NCBI GenBank assembly: GCA_937925845.1
Contig: CALAML010000077.1
Coordinates: 6,946 to 70,945 of the forward strand
Reading direction: 5' to 3'
From: an uncultured Acidimicrobiales bacterium
GTDB taxonomy: Bacteria; Actinomycetota; Acidimicrobiia; Acidimicrobiales; CALAML01
DNA length: 64,000 bases
Shown: positions 23,495 to 32,760 of the stretch, one piece after another
Numbering within the stretch: position 1 is the first letter of the stretch
How the letters are laid out: every line of letters starts with the position of its first letter
Position numbers and translations under genes: made by a program
Notes under the pieces: generated by a model
The model's database searches: none
What the model was told of the DNA's origin: nothing
Seen by the model: the letters and a program-made list of their open reading frames with translations, nothing else

Positions 23495-24889
23495 ATGGAT
23501 GCTGAGGATCTTTGCTTCGCCGGCGCTGCGGAGCAGGCCAGGCTGATTCGTTCTTCCCAGGTGTCGGCCACCGAACTGGTTCGGGCCACTCTGCAGCGGA
23601 TCGAGCGGGTGAATCCGAAGATCAACGCTTTCACTGAAGTCTTCGCCGAGGATGCGCTCGCTGCTGCCGGCGATGCCGACTCTCGGGTCGCTGCTGGTGA
23701 GAACCTCTCGCTCTTGGGGGTGCCGATCGCATTGAAGGACAACCTCGACGTGGCCGGTCACGTCACATCCTTCGGAACCGATGGCTTCACCGTGCCTGCC
23801 ACCACCGATTCGCCCTTGGTGACGACGTTGCGGGCCGCTGGCGCCGTCATCGTGGGCAAGACCACCCTGTCGGAGCTGGCCACGTGGCCCTTCACCGAGA
23901 CCGCGGCCTGGGGTGCTAGCCGCAACCCGTGGCACCTGGACTTCAGCCCGGGCGGATCGAGTGGTGGTTCGGGTGCCGCAGTTGCCGCGGGGCTGTGTGG
24001 GTTGGCGGTGGGGTCTGATGGTTTGGGCTCGATTCGGGTGCCGTCGAGCTTCAACGGCACCTTTGGCGTGAAGCCTCAACGCGATCGGGTGTGGCACAGC
24101 TCGCGCGATTGGAATCGCCTGTCGGTGAACGGTCCGCTCTGCCCGTCGGTCGCCGACGCCGCCCTGTTCTTGGATGTTGCGAGCCTGGACTCCAGTACCG
24201 GAACAACTTACGGCTCATTCGTTGCCGCGCTTGCTGCGCCGCCCGAGCCGCGACGCATCGCCCTGGCGTGGAAGTCGGCGGCCTACTACCCGTTGGCCGC
24301 CCGCCTTGGATCGAGTCAGCGTCGGGCGGTGGAGTCCACCGCCGAGGTCCTTCGCTCGCTCGGCCACACCGTTTCCGAGTGTGAGGTGGGCTTCCCTCAG
24401 GCCCTCTCCACCAACTATGTGCTGCGCTATTTCGCCGGGGTGGCTCAGGACGTGGCCGCCATGGAGCAGCCGGAAAAGCTGTCGAAGCCGACCGCTCAGA
24501 TGGCTGCCCTCGGTCGGCGGGTGTCGCCAATGGTGGTGCGGTCGATGGTGGAGGGCGAAGCCAAGCTGGCGGCCAAGGTCAACCGCATCTTTGACGACTT
24601 TGATGTAGTGCTTACGCCAGGTGCGGTGGAGGATCCGGTGAAGGTTGGTTCGCTCGAGGGTCGTGACGCGGTGAGAACCCTCTACGCCTCGGGTCGCAAG
24701 ATCCCCCACTTCGCACCTTGGAATGCCATCGGCCAACCCGCGGTGTCGGTGCCTGCGGGCTTCAGCGAACTCGGGCTGCCGGTATCGGTCCAACTAGCCG
24801 GTCCCGCCCACAGCGAGGCCATGCTCCTACAGCTCGCGGCCCAGTTGGAAGCCCACCAACCCTGGGCCGACCACCGCCCCAATCTGTAG
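23495..24889 (+). CDS. Amidase (amidase-signature family)
   Basis: 464 aa with the AS signature GGSSGGSGAAVAAG...GSDGLGSIRVPSSFNG. Confidence 0.88.
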   Translation: MDAEDLCFAGAAEQARLIRSSQVSATELVRATLQRIERVNPKINAFTEVFAEDALAAAGDADSRVAAGENLSLLGVPIALKDNLDVAGHVTSFGTDGFTVPATTDSPLVTTLRAAGAVIVGKTTLSELATWPFTETAAWGASRNPWHLDFSPGGSSGGSGAAVAAGLCGLAVGSDGLGSIRVPSSFNGTFGVKPQRDRVWHSSRDWNRLSVNGPLCPSVADAALFLDVASLDSSTGTTYGSFVAALAAPPEPRRIALAWKSAAYYPLAARLGSSQRRAVESTAEVLRSLGHTVSECEVGFPQALSTNYVLRYFAGVAQDVAAMEQPEKLSKPTAQMAALGRRVSPMVVRSMVEGEAKLAAKVNRIFDDFDVVLTPGAVEDPVKVGSLEGRDAVRTLYASGRKIPHFAPWNAIGQPAVSVPAGFSELGLPVSVQLAGPAHSEAMLLQLAAQLEAHQPWADHRPNL

Positions 24890-24894
24890 GGGTG

Positions 24895-25064
24895 CTAGTG
24901 GTGTGTCGCTGAAATAGTGTCGGGGTCTGGGCGAGGCATCCGGGGTCGTCTGGCAAGGACGCAGAACCCCGAGTTACCTCGTCCGGTAGGGAGGGGTCGA
25001 GGACGCAGCCAGCGGCGTCGGGGCCCGCCCAGACCCCATCAGTATTTTGGCGACACACCACTAG
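24895..25064. mobile_element. MITE-like non-autonomous element, copy 1 (170 nt)
   Basis: Bounded by CTAG at both ends. Terminal inverted repeats TGGTGTGTCGC...GCGACACACCA, plus a second subterminal inverted repeat GGGGTCTGGGCG...CGCCCAGACCCC. Near-identical over most of its length to 32761-32947. No ORF of transposase size. Confidence 0.75.
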
Positions 25065-25873
25065 GGCCGTCGGACGGCGGCGAAGGCGATGGCCGCGGCG
25101 TGGGCGACGTTCAGGGAATCGACGGCGTCGCTGATGGGGATTCGCACCTTTGCCGTGGCCGCTTCGAGGGCAGCGTCGGTGAGGCCGGGTCCTTCGGCGC
25201 CAACCAAGATGGCCAGCTTGGGGGGAACCGGCCGATCCCACAAGTTCTCGGCTTCGACCGAGGGGGTCAGAGCCCAGGTCTCGAAGCCGTGGGTGTGCAA
25301 CAGGTCGAGCTGGTTCGGCCACTCCCCCGCTCCGAAGCGGGCGATCGGCAGGTGCAGGCTCTCGCCCATGCTGGTCCGGACTGTGCGCCGATAGTAGGGG
25401 TCGGTGCAGTTGGGGCTAAGCAACAGAGCGTCGACGCCAAAGGCTCGAGCGGCCCGGGCGATGGTGCCGACGTTCTCGTTGTCGTTGAGGCCTTCGAGCA
25501 CCGCCACACAGCTGGATGTTGTAGCGATGTCGGCGACCTGACGGAGAGGTTGCCGGTCGGCGGCCATCAGGATGCACCGTCCGAGTCGAAGTCCCACGAT
25601 CTGTTCGATCACCTCGTCAGTCGCGGTGAAGACGGTGACGTCGGCCAACTCGTCGAGTTCGAGGTAGGGGCGGAACCGTTTCACCCGAACTGGAGAAAGG
25701 AGCGCCGAGCGCACCGCATGGCCGGAGTCGAGCACCCGGTCGATGGTCACGAACCCTTCGGCGAGGAAATAGTTGTCGCGCTCCATCGAGTTGCGAACGG
25801 TCTGGTTGTTCAGGTTCCGGTACTCGTCGACCCGGGGATCGCTCGGGTCAGTAATCGAAACCAGTTCGCCCAC
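25061..25873 (-). CDS. TrmH/SpoU-family RNA 2'-O-methyltransferase
   Basis: SpoU motifs (NVGTIARAARAFGVDALLL, LLVGAEGPGLTD, IPISDAVDSLNVAHAAAIAF). Its TAG stop (25061-25063) lies inside the terminal CTAG of the repeat element. Confidence 0.85.
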   Translation of the reverse strand: MGELVSITDPSDPRVDEYRNLNNQTVRNSMERDNYFLAEGFVTIDRVLDSGHAVRSALLSPVRVKRFRPYLELDELADVTVFTATDEVIEQIVGLRLGRCILMAADRQPLRQVADIATTSSCVAVLEGLNDNENVGTIARAARAFGVDALLLSPNCTDPYYRRTVRTSMGESLHLPIARFGAGEWPNQLDLLHTHGFETWALTPSVEAENLWDRPVPPKLAILVGAEGPGLTDAALEAATAKVRIPISDAVDSLNVAHAAAIAFAAVRRP

Positions 25874-25920
25874 GCCGTCAGACTATGGCCCGGGCATCGA
25901 CCGATGCGACCGGGCCGGGG

Positions 25921-26691
25921 CTACGGCTTGAGATCGATGATCGACTCGTGTTCGATTCGTGCGATCGCTTGGCCTTCGCTGGCCACAGTGATGTCGAGCA
26001 CCGCTCGATGGCCGGCCCGGCTTTCGAAGCGCCGGATCACTGCCGAGGCCAGCACCGCTTCGGTTCCGACTCGAGCCGCTCCGAGGTGAGCGACGGCACT
26101 GCGAACGTGAATCCAAGGGCCGGTGACCAGGTTGGCCATGGTCACCCGGTTCCCCAGCACCGGCCAGGCCACCGGGTGTACGAGGCCAAGGCCGGTGCTC
26201 ACTGTCTGGGTGTCGCCGGCCCGGGTGCTGTAGTCACCAAATTCACCATCGAAGGTGATCGCCATCGGTGGCAATTCCTCAGGCTGGCTGGCAACTTCTC
26301 CGGCCATAGCTGCCCCGCCCTGGTTGCTTGCCTGATGCCGCAGCGCCAGTGTCGCCTTCACTTCGTCTCCCACCCACGCCTCGATGATGGCGTCGAAACG
26401 TCCGGTGCCGTCAGCAACGGCCACACACTCCACCAGGTCATCGTCGAAGACCGGGTTGCGAAATCGCACTTCGGCCGCGCCCGCGGTGAGCCAGGCCTCA
26501 CCCCAGACCATCACCGGCAGATGGGTGAGGTAGGCATACACCGTCACCCCGGCCACCAGAGCGCGGGGATAACCCGCGGCTTGCGCTCCTGCGTCGGTGT
26601 GGATGATGTTGTTGCGGTGTTCGGGCAGGTTCAACGCCCGCACCGACCAGGGCTCGGTTGTCAGGATTGACGGCGCCGATCCAGTGCTCAC
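25921..26691 (-). CDS. MaoC-like (hotdog fold) dehydratase family protein
   Basis: 256 aa. The N-terminal motif NIIHTDAGAQAAGYPRALVAGV is typical of MaoC/hotdog hydratases, and the length suggests a double hotdog. Confidence 0.65.
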   Translation of the reverse strand: MSTGSAPSILTTEPWSVRALNLPEHRNNIIHTDAGAQAAGYPRALVAGVTVYAYLTHLPVMVWGEAWLTAGAAEVRFRNPVFDDDLVECVAVADGTGRFDAIIEAWVGDEVKATLALRHQASNQGGAAMAGEVASQPEELPPMAITFDGEFGDYSTRAGDTQTVSTGLGLVHPVAWPVLGNRVTMANLVTGPWIHVRSAVAHLGAARVGTEAVLASAVIRRFESRAGHRAVLDITVASEGQAIARIEHESIIDLKP

Positions 26692-26710
26692 CGTTACCGT
26701 CCGGACCGGC

Positions 26711-28669
26711 TCAGTCTTCGTCGCTGGCCGCGGCTCTGGTTTTGATCTCTTCCACTACCGACTCGTCGGCGAGGGTGGTGGTGTCGCCGAGCACTCGGCC
26801 TTCGGCCACGTCGCGGAGGAGGCGGCGCATGATCTTGCCACTTCGGGTTTTGGGCAGGTCCGGAACCAGCACTACAGCGCGTGGCCGGGCGATGGCGCCA
26901 AGCTTGGTGGCGACGTGTTGGCGAATTTCTTCCCCAAGTTCGTCGCTGGCTTCGTGGGTGCCTCGCAGGATCACATAGCCCACGATGGCCTGACCGGTGG
27001 TGTCGTCGGTGGCGCCCACCACGGCCGCTTCCGCTACCGCCTGGTGGTCGACCAGGGCCGACTCCACTTCGGCGGTGGAGATGCGGTGGCCGGAGATGTT
27101 CATCACGTCGTCGACGCGGCCCAGCACCCAGAGGTAGCCGCCGTTGTCGATCTTGGCACCGTCTCCGGCGAAGTAGCGGCCCGGGAATCGGGACCAGTAG
27201 GTCTCGTGGAAGCGCTCCGGGTCGCCCCAGATACCTCGAAGCATGGAGGGCCAGGGCTTGGCGATGGTGAGGTAGCCGCCGCCTTCGGTCACCACGTTGC
27301 CGTTGTCGTCGACCAGTTCGGCGAACACACCGGGAATGGCGCCGTTGGCCGAGCCCGGTTTGGTGGTGCTGGCCCCGGGCAGGGGCGAGATCATATGGCC
27401 ACCGGTTTCGGTCTGCCACCAAGTGTCAACGATCGGGGTGTTTCCGCCGCCGATGTGCTCGTGATACCACATCCAGGCTTCAGGGTTGATTGGTTCGCCG
27501 ACGGTGCCGAGCACCCGCAGTTTCGACAGGTCGTGTTTGGCCACTTCTTCGTGGCCCCACTTCATGAACGTTCGGATCGCGGTGGGTGCGGTGTAGAGCT
27601 GGGTTACCCCGTAGCGTTCGGCGATATCCCACAGCCGGTCGCGAGCCGGGGTATCGGGCGTGCCTTCGTACATCACCGAGGTGCAACCGTTGGTGAGCGG
27701 CCCGTAAACGATGTAGCTGTGGCCGGTGACCCAGCCGATGTCGGCGGCACACCAGTAGACGTCGGTGTCGGGTTGAAGATCGAAGACGTACTTGTGGGTG
27801 AAGGCCACCTGGGTGAGGTACCCGCCGGTGGTGTGCATGATGCCCTTGGGCTTGGCCGTGGTGCCAGAGGTGTAGAGGAGGTACAGCAGGTCCTCGGAGT
27901 CCATCGGTTCAGGGGCGCAGTCGGCGCTGGCTTCGGCCATGGCCTCGTGCCACCAGATGTCTCGGCCTTCGGCCATGGTCACATCGGTGTCGCAGCGGTT
28001 CACCACCACCACGTGTTCCACGCTCGGTGCTTTGTTGTCGTCAAGAGCGGTGTCGACGTTCACCTTGAGCGCCGATGGGGCGCCACGACGGAAGCCGGCA
28101 TCGGCGGTCACGATGGCGCGGGCTTCGGCGTCGACGCAGCGGTCGACGATGGCGTCGGGCGAGAAGCCGCCGAAGATCACCGAGTGGGCTACGCCGATGC
28201 GGGTGCAGGCCAGCATGGTGATGGCCAGCTCCGGGATCATCGGCATGTAGATGGCGATGCGGTCGCCTTTCTTGAGCCCCAGCCCCTTCAACACGTTGGC
28301 GAACTTGCAGACCTCTTCATGCAGTTCGGCGTAGGTGATGGTGCGGGTGTCGCCGGGTTCGCCTTCCCAGTGGTAGGCCACCCTGTCGCCCTTGCCAGCG
28401 GCGATATGGCGGTCGAGGCAGTTTTCGCTGATGTTGAGTTGGCCGCCCACGAACCATTTGGCGTTGGGCAGATCCCATTCGAGGGTGGTGTGGAAGTCCT
28501 TGCTCCAGGTGACCAGCTCGCGGGCCTGGCGGGCCCAGAACGCTTCAAAGTCGGCGTTGGCTTCGTCCCAAAGGCTCTGGTCACAACACAGTGCCGAGGC
28601 CGCGAAGTCGGCGGGCGGGGCAAAGGTCCGGTCCTCGACGTAGTAGTCCTCGATCGTTGGTTCCGACAT
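26711..28669 (-). CDS. acs: Acetyl-CoA synthetase (AMP-forming)
   Basis: Starts at MSEPTIEDYYVEDRTF (ATG at 28667-28669). Contains YTSGTTAKPKG and the C-terminal LPKTRSGKIMRRLLRD. The track ORF start at 28849 is too far upstream. Confidence 0.93.
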   Translation of the reverse strand: MSEPTIEDYYVEDRTFAPPADFAASALCCDQSLWDEANADFEAFWARQARELVTWSKDFHTTLEWDLPNAKWFVGGQLNISENCLDRHIAAGKGDRVAYHWEGEPGDTRTITYAELHEEVCKFANVLKGLGLKKGDRIAIYMPMIPELAITMLACTRIGVAHSVIFGGFSPDAIVDRCVDAEARAIVTADAGFRRGAPSALKVNVDTALDDNKAPSVEHVVVVNRCDTDVTMAEGRDIWWHEAMAEASADCAPEPMDSEDLLYLLYTSGTTAKPKGIMHTTGGYLTQVAFTHKYVFDLQPDTDVYWCAADIGWVTGHSYIVYGPLTNGCTSVMYEGTPDTPARDRLWDIAERYGVTQLYTAPTAIRTFMKWGHEEVAKHDLSKLRVLGTVGEPINPEAWMWYHEHIGGGNTPIVDTWWQTETGGHMISPLPGASTTKPGSANGAIPGVFAELVDDNGNVVTEGGGYLTIAKPWPSMLRGIWGDPERFHETYWSRFPGRYFAGDGAKIDNGGYLWVLGRVDDVMNISGHRISTAEVESALVDHQAVAEAAVVGATDDTTGQAIVGYVILRGTHEASDELGEEIRQHVATKLGAIARPRAVVLVPDLPKTRSGKIMRRLLRDVAEGRVLGDTTTLADESVVEEIKTRAAASDED

Positions 28670-28951
28670 GTGACGCCCCCTGTCTCGTGAAGGCCCGATC
28701 GTAGCCAATCCCCTACAACCCCGCCCAAACCTCGACCCGCCGGTGACGCAGAATCCAGAGCGACAAACCTTCGAAGACCCAACGGGTTTCCATCGACGAT
28801 CTCGACTTCCGCACGAAAGCGCTCCACCTCCTCCCACCACCAGAGCCAAGCCGCGTCCGCGGAGGCGCCATTCTCACCCACTGTGAGCACCACCTGACGA
28901 ACACCGCGCTGAGCGGTTTCGATGGTTGTGGGGTGCGCTGAACCCTGCGGC

Positions 28952-30496
28952 TCAGCGCTGGAGTTGGCGACGGACCCGGATCAGCATTCGCACCATTTCT
29001 TCGGAGAGTTCGTCTGGTGCCGCCATCGGGTTGTTGTACACCACGTACTCTTTGGCCACGAGGGTCGCGAGGTAGTCGATCATGCCGGCTTCATCGTCCT
29101 TGACCAGTAGGTAGTCGGGGTGCGATTCGTTGTAGAACACCACTGCTGCCTCCGGGTCGAAACGGCTTCGGCTTTCGGTGGGCTCCGGGTCCGGCGTTAG
29201 GGTTGGCAGCCGTTTTGATCGGCGCCCGCCTGGCTTGGCTGATTCGGTCAGCGCTGGTGGCTCCTCGACCGGCGGCTCTGGGGTGAGGTCGGCCACCGTC
29301 GGCAGATCATCAGTGTTGGTATCGCTGTTGTCGGCGCCCGAGCCGTCGCTGTCGCTGCCATCTTCGGTTCCCGGCGTCGCTCCTTCGGCCAGGATTCCCC
29401 CATCGCCTAACAGGTCGCCGACTGGGGTTCTCATCGGGTTGTCAAGGTCTTCGAGTTCCTTGAGCACCCGGCCGAAGACCTTCCGGATGCGGTCGTTCAT
29501 CCGGTCGGTGGTGTCACGATCCATCTCCACGCGTACCCGTTCGGCCGCAGTCGACACCATCGGCTCAATCGAGCGCACGCTCTCCACGAAGGCCGGCCAC
29601 ACTTCGTCGTCTCGAAGAATCGCCCGTCGGCCGGCCGATTGCTGCAGGCTGTCGAAGAGCACCCGGCCCGACACCTGCTGGTTGTTCCATGGCGGTCGGT
29701 CGAACTCGTCGAGTTCGGTCAGGCTGTCGACGATGGTGGTGCCGGCCCTGCCAACCACGCTTACCGCTCGCTCAGCGGCCGAGTCCGGCGGCGCCACATA
29801 AATGGCGAACTCCACCCGCCCCCACAACGTGTTGCGGGCCGCCAACGGCACCTTCATGCCGTCGGGCTCTTCGGGGGTGACCAGTTCGACCGAGCGGCCT
29901 TCCACCACTTCGATCTCGTAGGCACCGGAAGCCAGCGCCGCGGCCCGACGTCGACGCAGGTAGTCGACCACCTTGCGCTGGGTGAGCATGCGCAGCACTT
30001 CACGGTCGAGGTTGCCGAGGTACACCGTGGTTCCCGGCCGATCCCGAGCCCGGCGTTTCTCCAGGTCGAGCGACGCGTTCACTTTGCCTCGTTCGAGTTT
30101 GAGTACCCAGCTCTCGTGCGAGTCCGCAGTGCGAGAGACGATGTCGAGTCTCCCGCCGAGTTGCTGGAAGGCGAGCATGCCGATCGCCTTTTCGCCAAGC
30201 GTTGCGTCGTCACCGGCCTTCTGGGAGTTAAAGAGGTTGCGGGCCACTTCCCGCAGCCGGTCTTGATCCATGCCCCGACCGTCATCGTCGATCACGATCG
30301 CCGGGTATCGGCCGCGACGTCGCATCAGAATCCGGATCCGACCGCCGCTCACCCCTGCCTGGACGTATTCGTCGGCCGCGTTGGAGACGAACTCGTTCAG
30401 GGCATCCTTCGGGTCCTGGTAGGCCTGGCCGGTGACCAGCACCGCCCGCCCCAGGTTGCCAATCCGCAGTCGAACCTTCTCCGCAGCCAAGCCCAC
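28952..30496 (-). CDS. GHKL-superfamily (HSP90/MutL/MORC-like) ATPase domain protein with an acidic linker and conserved C-terminal domain
   Basis: Bergerat-fold motifs: N-box EFVSNAADE, G1 DDGRGM, G2 GEKAIGMLAF. An Asp/Ser/Gly/Thr/Pro-rich linker of about 70 aa is followed by a C-terminal module of about 80 aa. GTG start. Confidence 0.7.
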   Translation of the reverse strand: MGLAAEKVRLRIGNLGRAVLVTGQAYQDPKDALNEFVSNAADEYVQAGVSGGRIRILMRRRGRYPAIVIDDDGRGMDQDRLREVARNLFNSQKAGDDATLGEKAIGMLAFQQLGGRLDIVSRTADSHESWVLKLERGKVNASLDLEKRRARDRPGTTVYLGNLDREVLRMLTQRKVVDYLRRRRAAALASGAYEIEVVEGRSVELVTPEEPDGMKVPLAARNTLWGRVEFAIYVAPPDSAAERAVSVVGRAGTTIVDSLTELDEFDRPPWNNQQVSGRVLFDSLQQSAGRRAILRDDEVWPAFVESVRSIEPMVSTAAERVRVEMDRDTTDRMNDRIRKVFGRVLKELEDLDNPMRTPVGDLLGDGGILAEGATPGTEDGSDSDGSGADNSDTNTDDLPTVADLTPEPPVEEPPALTESAKPGGRRSKRLPTLTPDPEPTESRSRFDPEAAVVFYNESHPDYLLVKDDEAGMIDYLATLVAKEYVVYNNPMAAPDELSEEMVRMLIRVRRQLQR

Positions 30497-30591
30497 AAGC
30501 TACCACCAGACCGAAACACGACTTCCATACACCAGCGCGAAGTCACATGGCACCAACAACCGGTCAGTTGATCGGTCTCGCCAAATCCGAA

Positions 30592-31746
30592 TCAGCTCAT
30601 CGGCGCGATGGTGTCACCCTCACACAGAAACTGGGGTGCGATGTCGGTGTTGCCGGTGAGGGTCCGCTGACCCTGTGAGAAGGCGATGCAGCCGTCGGGC
30701 GTCACCATCCGATCGGCCGAGTTGCCGCCAAAGTGGTTGGTGGCTGGAGTGGCTGAGTCGGCCTTTACTTCAAGGTTGTCCCAGTGCCAGGTAAACCCGC
30801 CGGTTGACGGTGAGTCGTTGTTAGGACCAGGTCCGCTGCCGTCCTTGGTGCCGGTGTAGTTGTGGAACGCCACCACGACCCGCACCGGCCCCTCGGGGAA
30901 CGCGCCCGGTGCCGTCACCCAGTGCATGGTCCCGTCGGCCTCCTCAACACCGAAGCTCAGGGTGCCATCGGCGTTGTCACGAAACACGTGCCGATACCGG
31001 TCCCGGATGCTGCGGTTGTTTTCGTGGGTGTAGGGGATGAAGCAGAATTCGGGGCCCGGGCCGCACTCGGCATAGGTCACATCCCCTTCGGCATCGACGG
31101 TCGAGTTGAAGCGGTCGAAGCGGAAGCCGTCGGGCTGAGCCGGCGTGTGGATGTAGAGCCCGGTCCCTTCCTGGGCATCGGTGGAGGCGCCCACCCCGCT
31201 GACATCGTCGTAGTCCCAGCCGTCGTTGCAGGGAAGTGCGGGCCCACAGGGCAGCCCGTTCACAAACGTCTGATCGGCCGGGAGCACTTTGATCTCCAGG
31301 AAGTTGCGGCCGCCGGCCTGGGTGGTGTTGGCGTCGACCGACACTTCACTGATGCCTTCGAAAACCTGATCGGGTAGTCCCCCGGCGAACCCGTAGCCGG
31401 AGGTGTCCATGGCGAAGGCCATCATGTGACCCAGCGTGGCGTCGCCGCCGGGATGGCACTGGTAGATGTGGCTCCACGGGTCGGTGCGGGCCTGCATCCG
31501 CGTTTGTTCCGGTGCGGTGCAGTTCACTCCGCCGGTGGAGGCGTGGTCGGAGCTACCGGTTACATGGTTCACCACGAACGGGTCGCGGTAGCTCACAAAG
31601 CTGTCGATCCGGTCAGCATCGGTGGGCGACGAGAAGTCGTTGGTGTACACCACCCCCGGCTCGACCACGGTGCAGCTGACCGCCACCATCGCCAACGCCG
31701 CCGCTATCCCAGCAACGCAGGCACCAAACTTCCCGTTGCGCACCAT
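30592..31746 (-). CDS. Hypothetical Cys-rich lipoprotein
   Basis: Signal peptide with lipobox (AAALAMVAVSC). 384 aa with multiple Cys. No recognisable family. Confidence 0.6.
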   Translation of the reverse strand: MVRNGKFGACVAGIAAALAMVAVSCTVVEPGVVYTNDFSSPTDADRIDSFVSYRDPFVVNHVTGSSDHASTGGVNCTAPEQTRMQARTDPWSHIYQCHPGGDATLGHMMAFAMDTSGYGFAGGLPDQVFEGISEVSVDANTTQAGGRNFLEIKVLPADQTFVNGLPCGPALPCNDGWDYDDVSGVGASTDAQEGTGLYIHTPAQPDGFRFDRFNSTVDAEGDVTYAECGPGPEFCFIPYTHENNRSIRDRYRHVFRDNADGTLSFGVEEADGTMHWVTAPGAFPEGPVRVVVAFHNYTGTKDGSGPGPNNDSPSTGGFTWHWDNLEVKADSATPATNHFGGNSADRMVTPDGCIAFSQGQRTLTGNTDIAPQFLCEGDTIAPMS

Positions 31747-31800
31747 TCGTCAACGGTAGCCGGTCAAAGCATGTCCGCGAGCCGCGGGTGGGCGTGGGTG

Positions 31801-32709
31801 CTACGTCGTCAGGGCTTCTGCAATTCGTCTGGCCACTACCGGGTCGCTCAGATAGCCCTGGACGTGGTGGTGGTTTTCTGACTCGTTGCGGATCCCATCG
31901 AAGTTCTCGATCGAGGGGTCGACCGGAAAGAAACGATCATCGAGAGCGTTGAGCGCCACGACGTCGCGGTCGTCGTAGGCGTTAAACCAGGTGCCGACCC
32001 CTGGCGGGTGTCCAATCGGTTCCAACGCTTGGCGAACAACGCTGATCCCGAGTGGTGAGCCGAGGGTAATGAGGGTCTTGACCGGGCACGTCACACGGCC
32101 GCCGTCTCTCAGCATCCGGTACGCCACGATGGAGCCGAGCGAGTGGCCGACCACCACCGTCTCCTCGGAGCCACAGGTGGCGAAAGCCTCGGTCACGCCG
32201 TTTTCGATGTGGGCCTGGACCTGTTCGTCGGCCAGATAGCGGGTGACGTCGGCCGCGGTCGCCTCGAGACTGCGGGCACTGGCTCCAGGCACAAAGTGAT
32301 CAAGCACTCGCAGGCCGCGTTGGACCCACTCGTTCGACAATGAAGCCGACAGCCGACTGGCCAAGTCATCGCGCTCTGATGGCGGGCTTGTGTCGCTCAG
32401 TTCGGGCTCGGATGCCACCATCTCATCGGTAATACCGACGTGCTCAAGACATTCCCGCAGAACGGCGCAGTGGAAGTGGTCCTCGTGCTCGCGGCGGGGG
32501 TAGCGCACCATGGCCACATCCAGCGGGTCTTCGGTGGTGGCGTCTCTCAGCGCATCACCGAAGTAGGGAAACACGATGTCGCTCTCGTCGATCGGCAGCT
32601 CAAGACCGGCGGCGACCATGCCTTCTTCAAGGGCCGAAATCCAGCGGTGGCGCAGCACGAGGGGATCTTTGTCCTCTTGAGCTCGACCATGGAGAAATAC
32701 CAACTTCAC
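31801..32709 (-). CDS. Alpha/beta-hydrolase fold protein (serine esterase/lipase-like)
   Basis: Nucleophile elbow GHSLGS. Begins MKLVFLHGRAQ. His-containing C-terminus (HHHVQGY). Confidence 0.65.
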   Translation of the reverse strand: MKLVFLHGRAQEDKDPLVLRHRWISALEEGMVAAGLELPIDESDIVFPYFGDALRDATTEDPLDVAMVRYPRREHEDHFHCAVLRECLEHVGITDEMVASEPELSDTSPPSERDDLASRLSASLSNEWVQRGLRVLDHFVPGASARSLEATAADVTRYLADEQVQAHIENGVTEAFATCGSEETVVVGHSLGSIVAYRMLRDGGRVTCPVKTLITLGSPLGISVVRQALEPIGHPPGVGTWFNAYDDRDVVALNALDDRFFPVDPSIENFDGIRNESENHHHVQGYLSDPVVARRIAEALTT

Positions 32710-32760
32710 AGCGCATCAAACATGCCAGCCAGCCCCAAGATTCCCACCCAGGGCACACCG

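Noticed and set aside
24917-26089. 390-aa plus-strand ORF spanning the MITE, trmH and the start of the MaoC-like gene
   Set aside because: It runs antisense across two well-supported minus-strand genes and starts inside the repeat element. It has no motifs.
26597-28690. 697-aa plus-strand ORF antisense to acs
   Set aside because: Shadow ORF. The acs assignment on the minus strand is unambiguous (AMP-binding motifs), and the antisense product is a Gly/Val/Asp/His-rich sequence with no recognisable motifs.
28670-28893. ORF fragment in the acs upstream intergenic region (MVLTVGENGASADAAWLWWWEEVERFRAEV...)
   Set aside because: It continues out of frame into acs, third-position GC decays along it and no family is recognisable. 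It could be a decayed gene remnant, but this cannot be supported from sequence alone.
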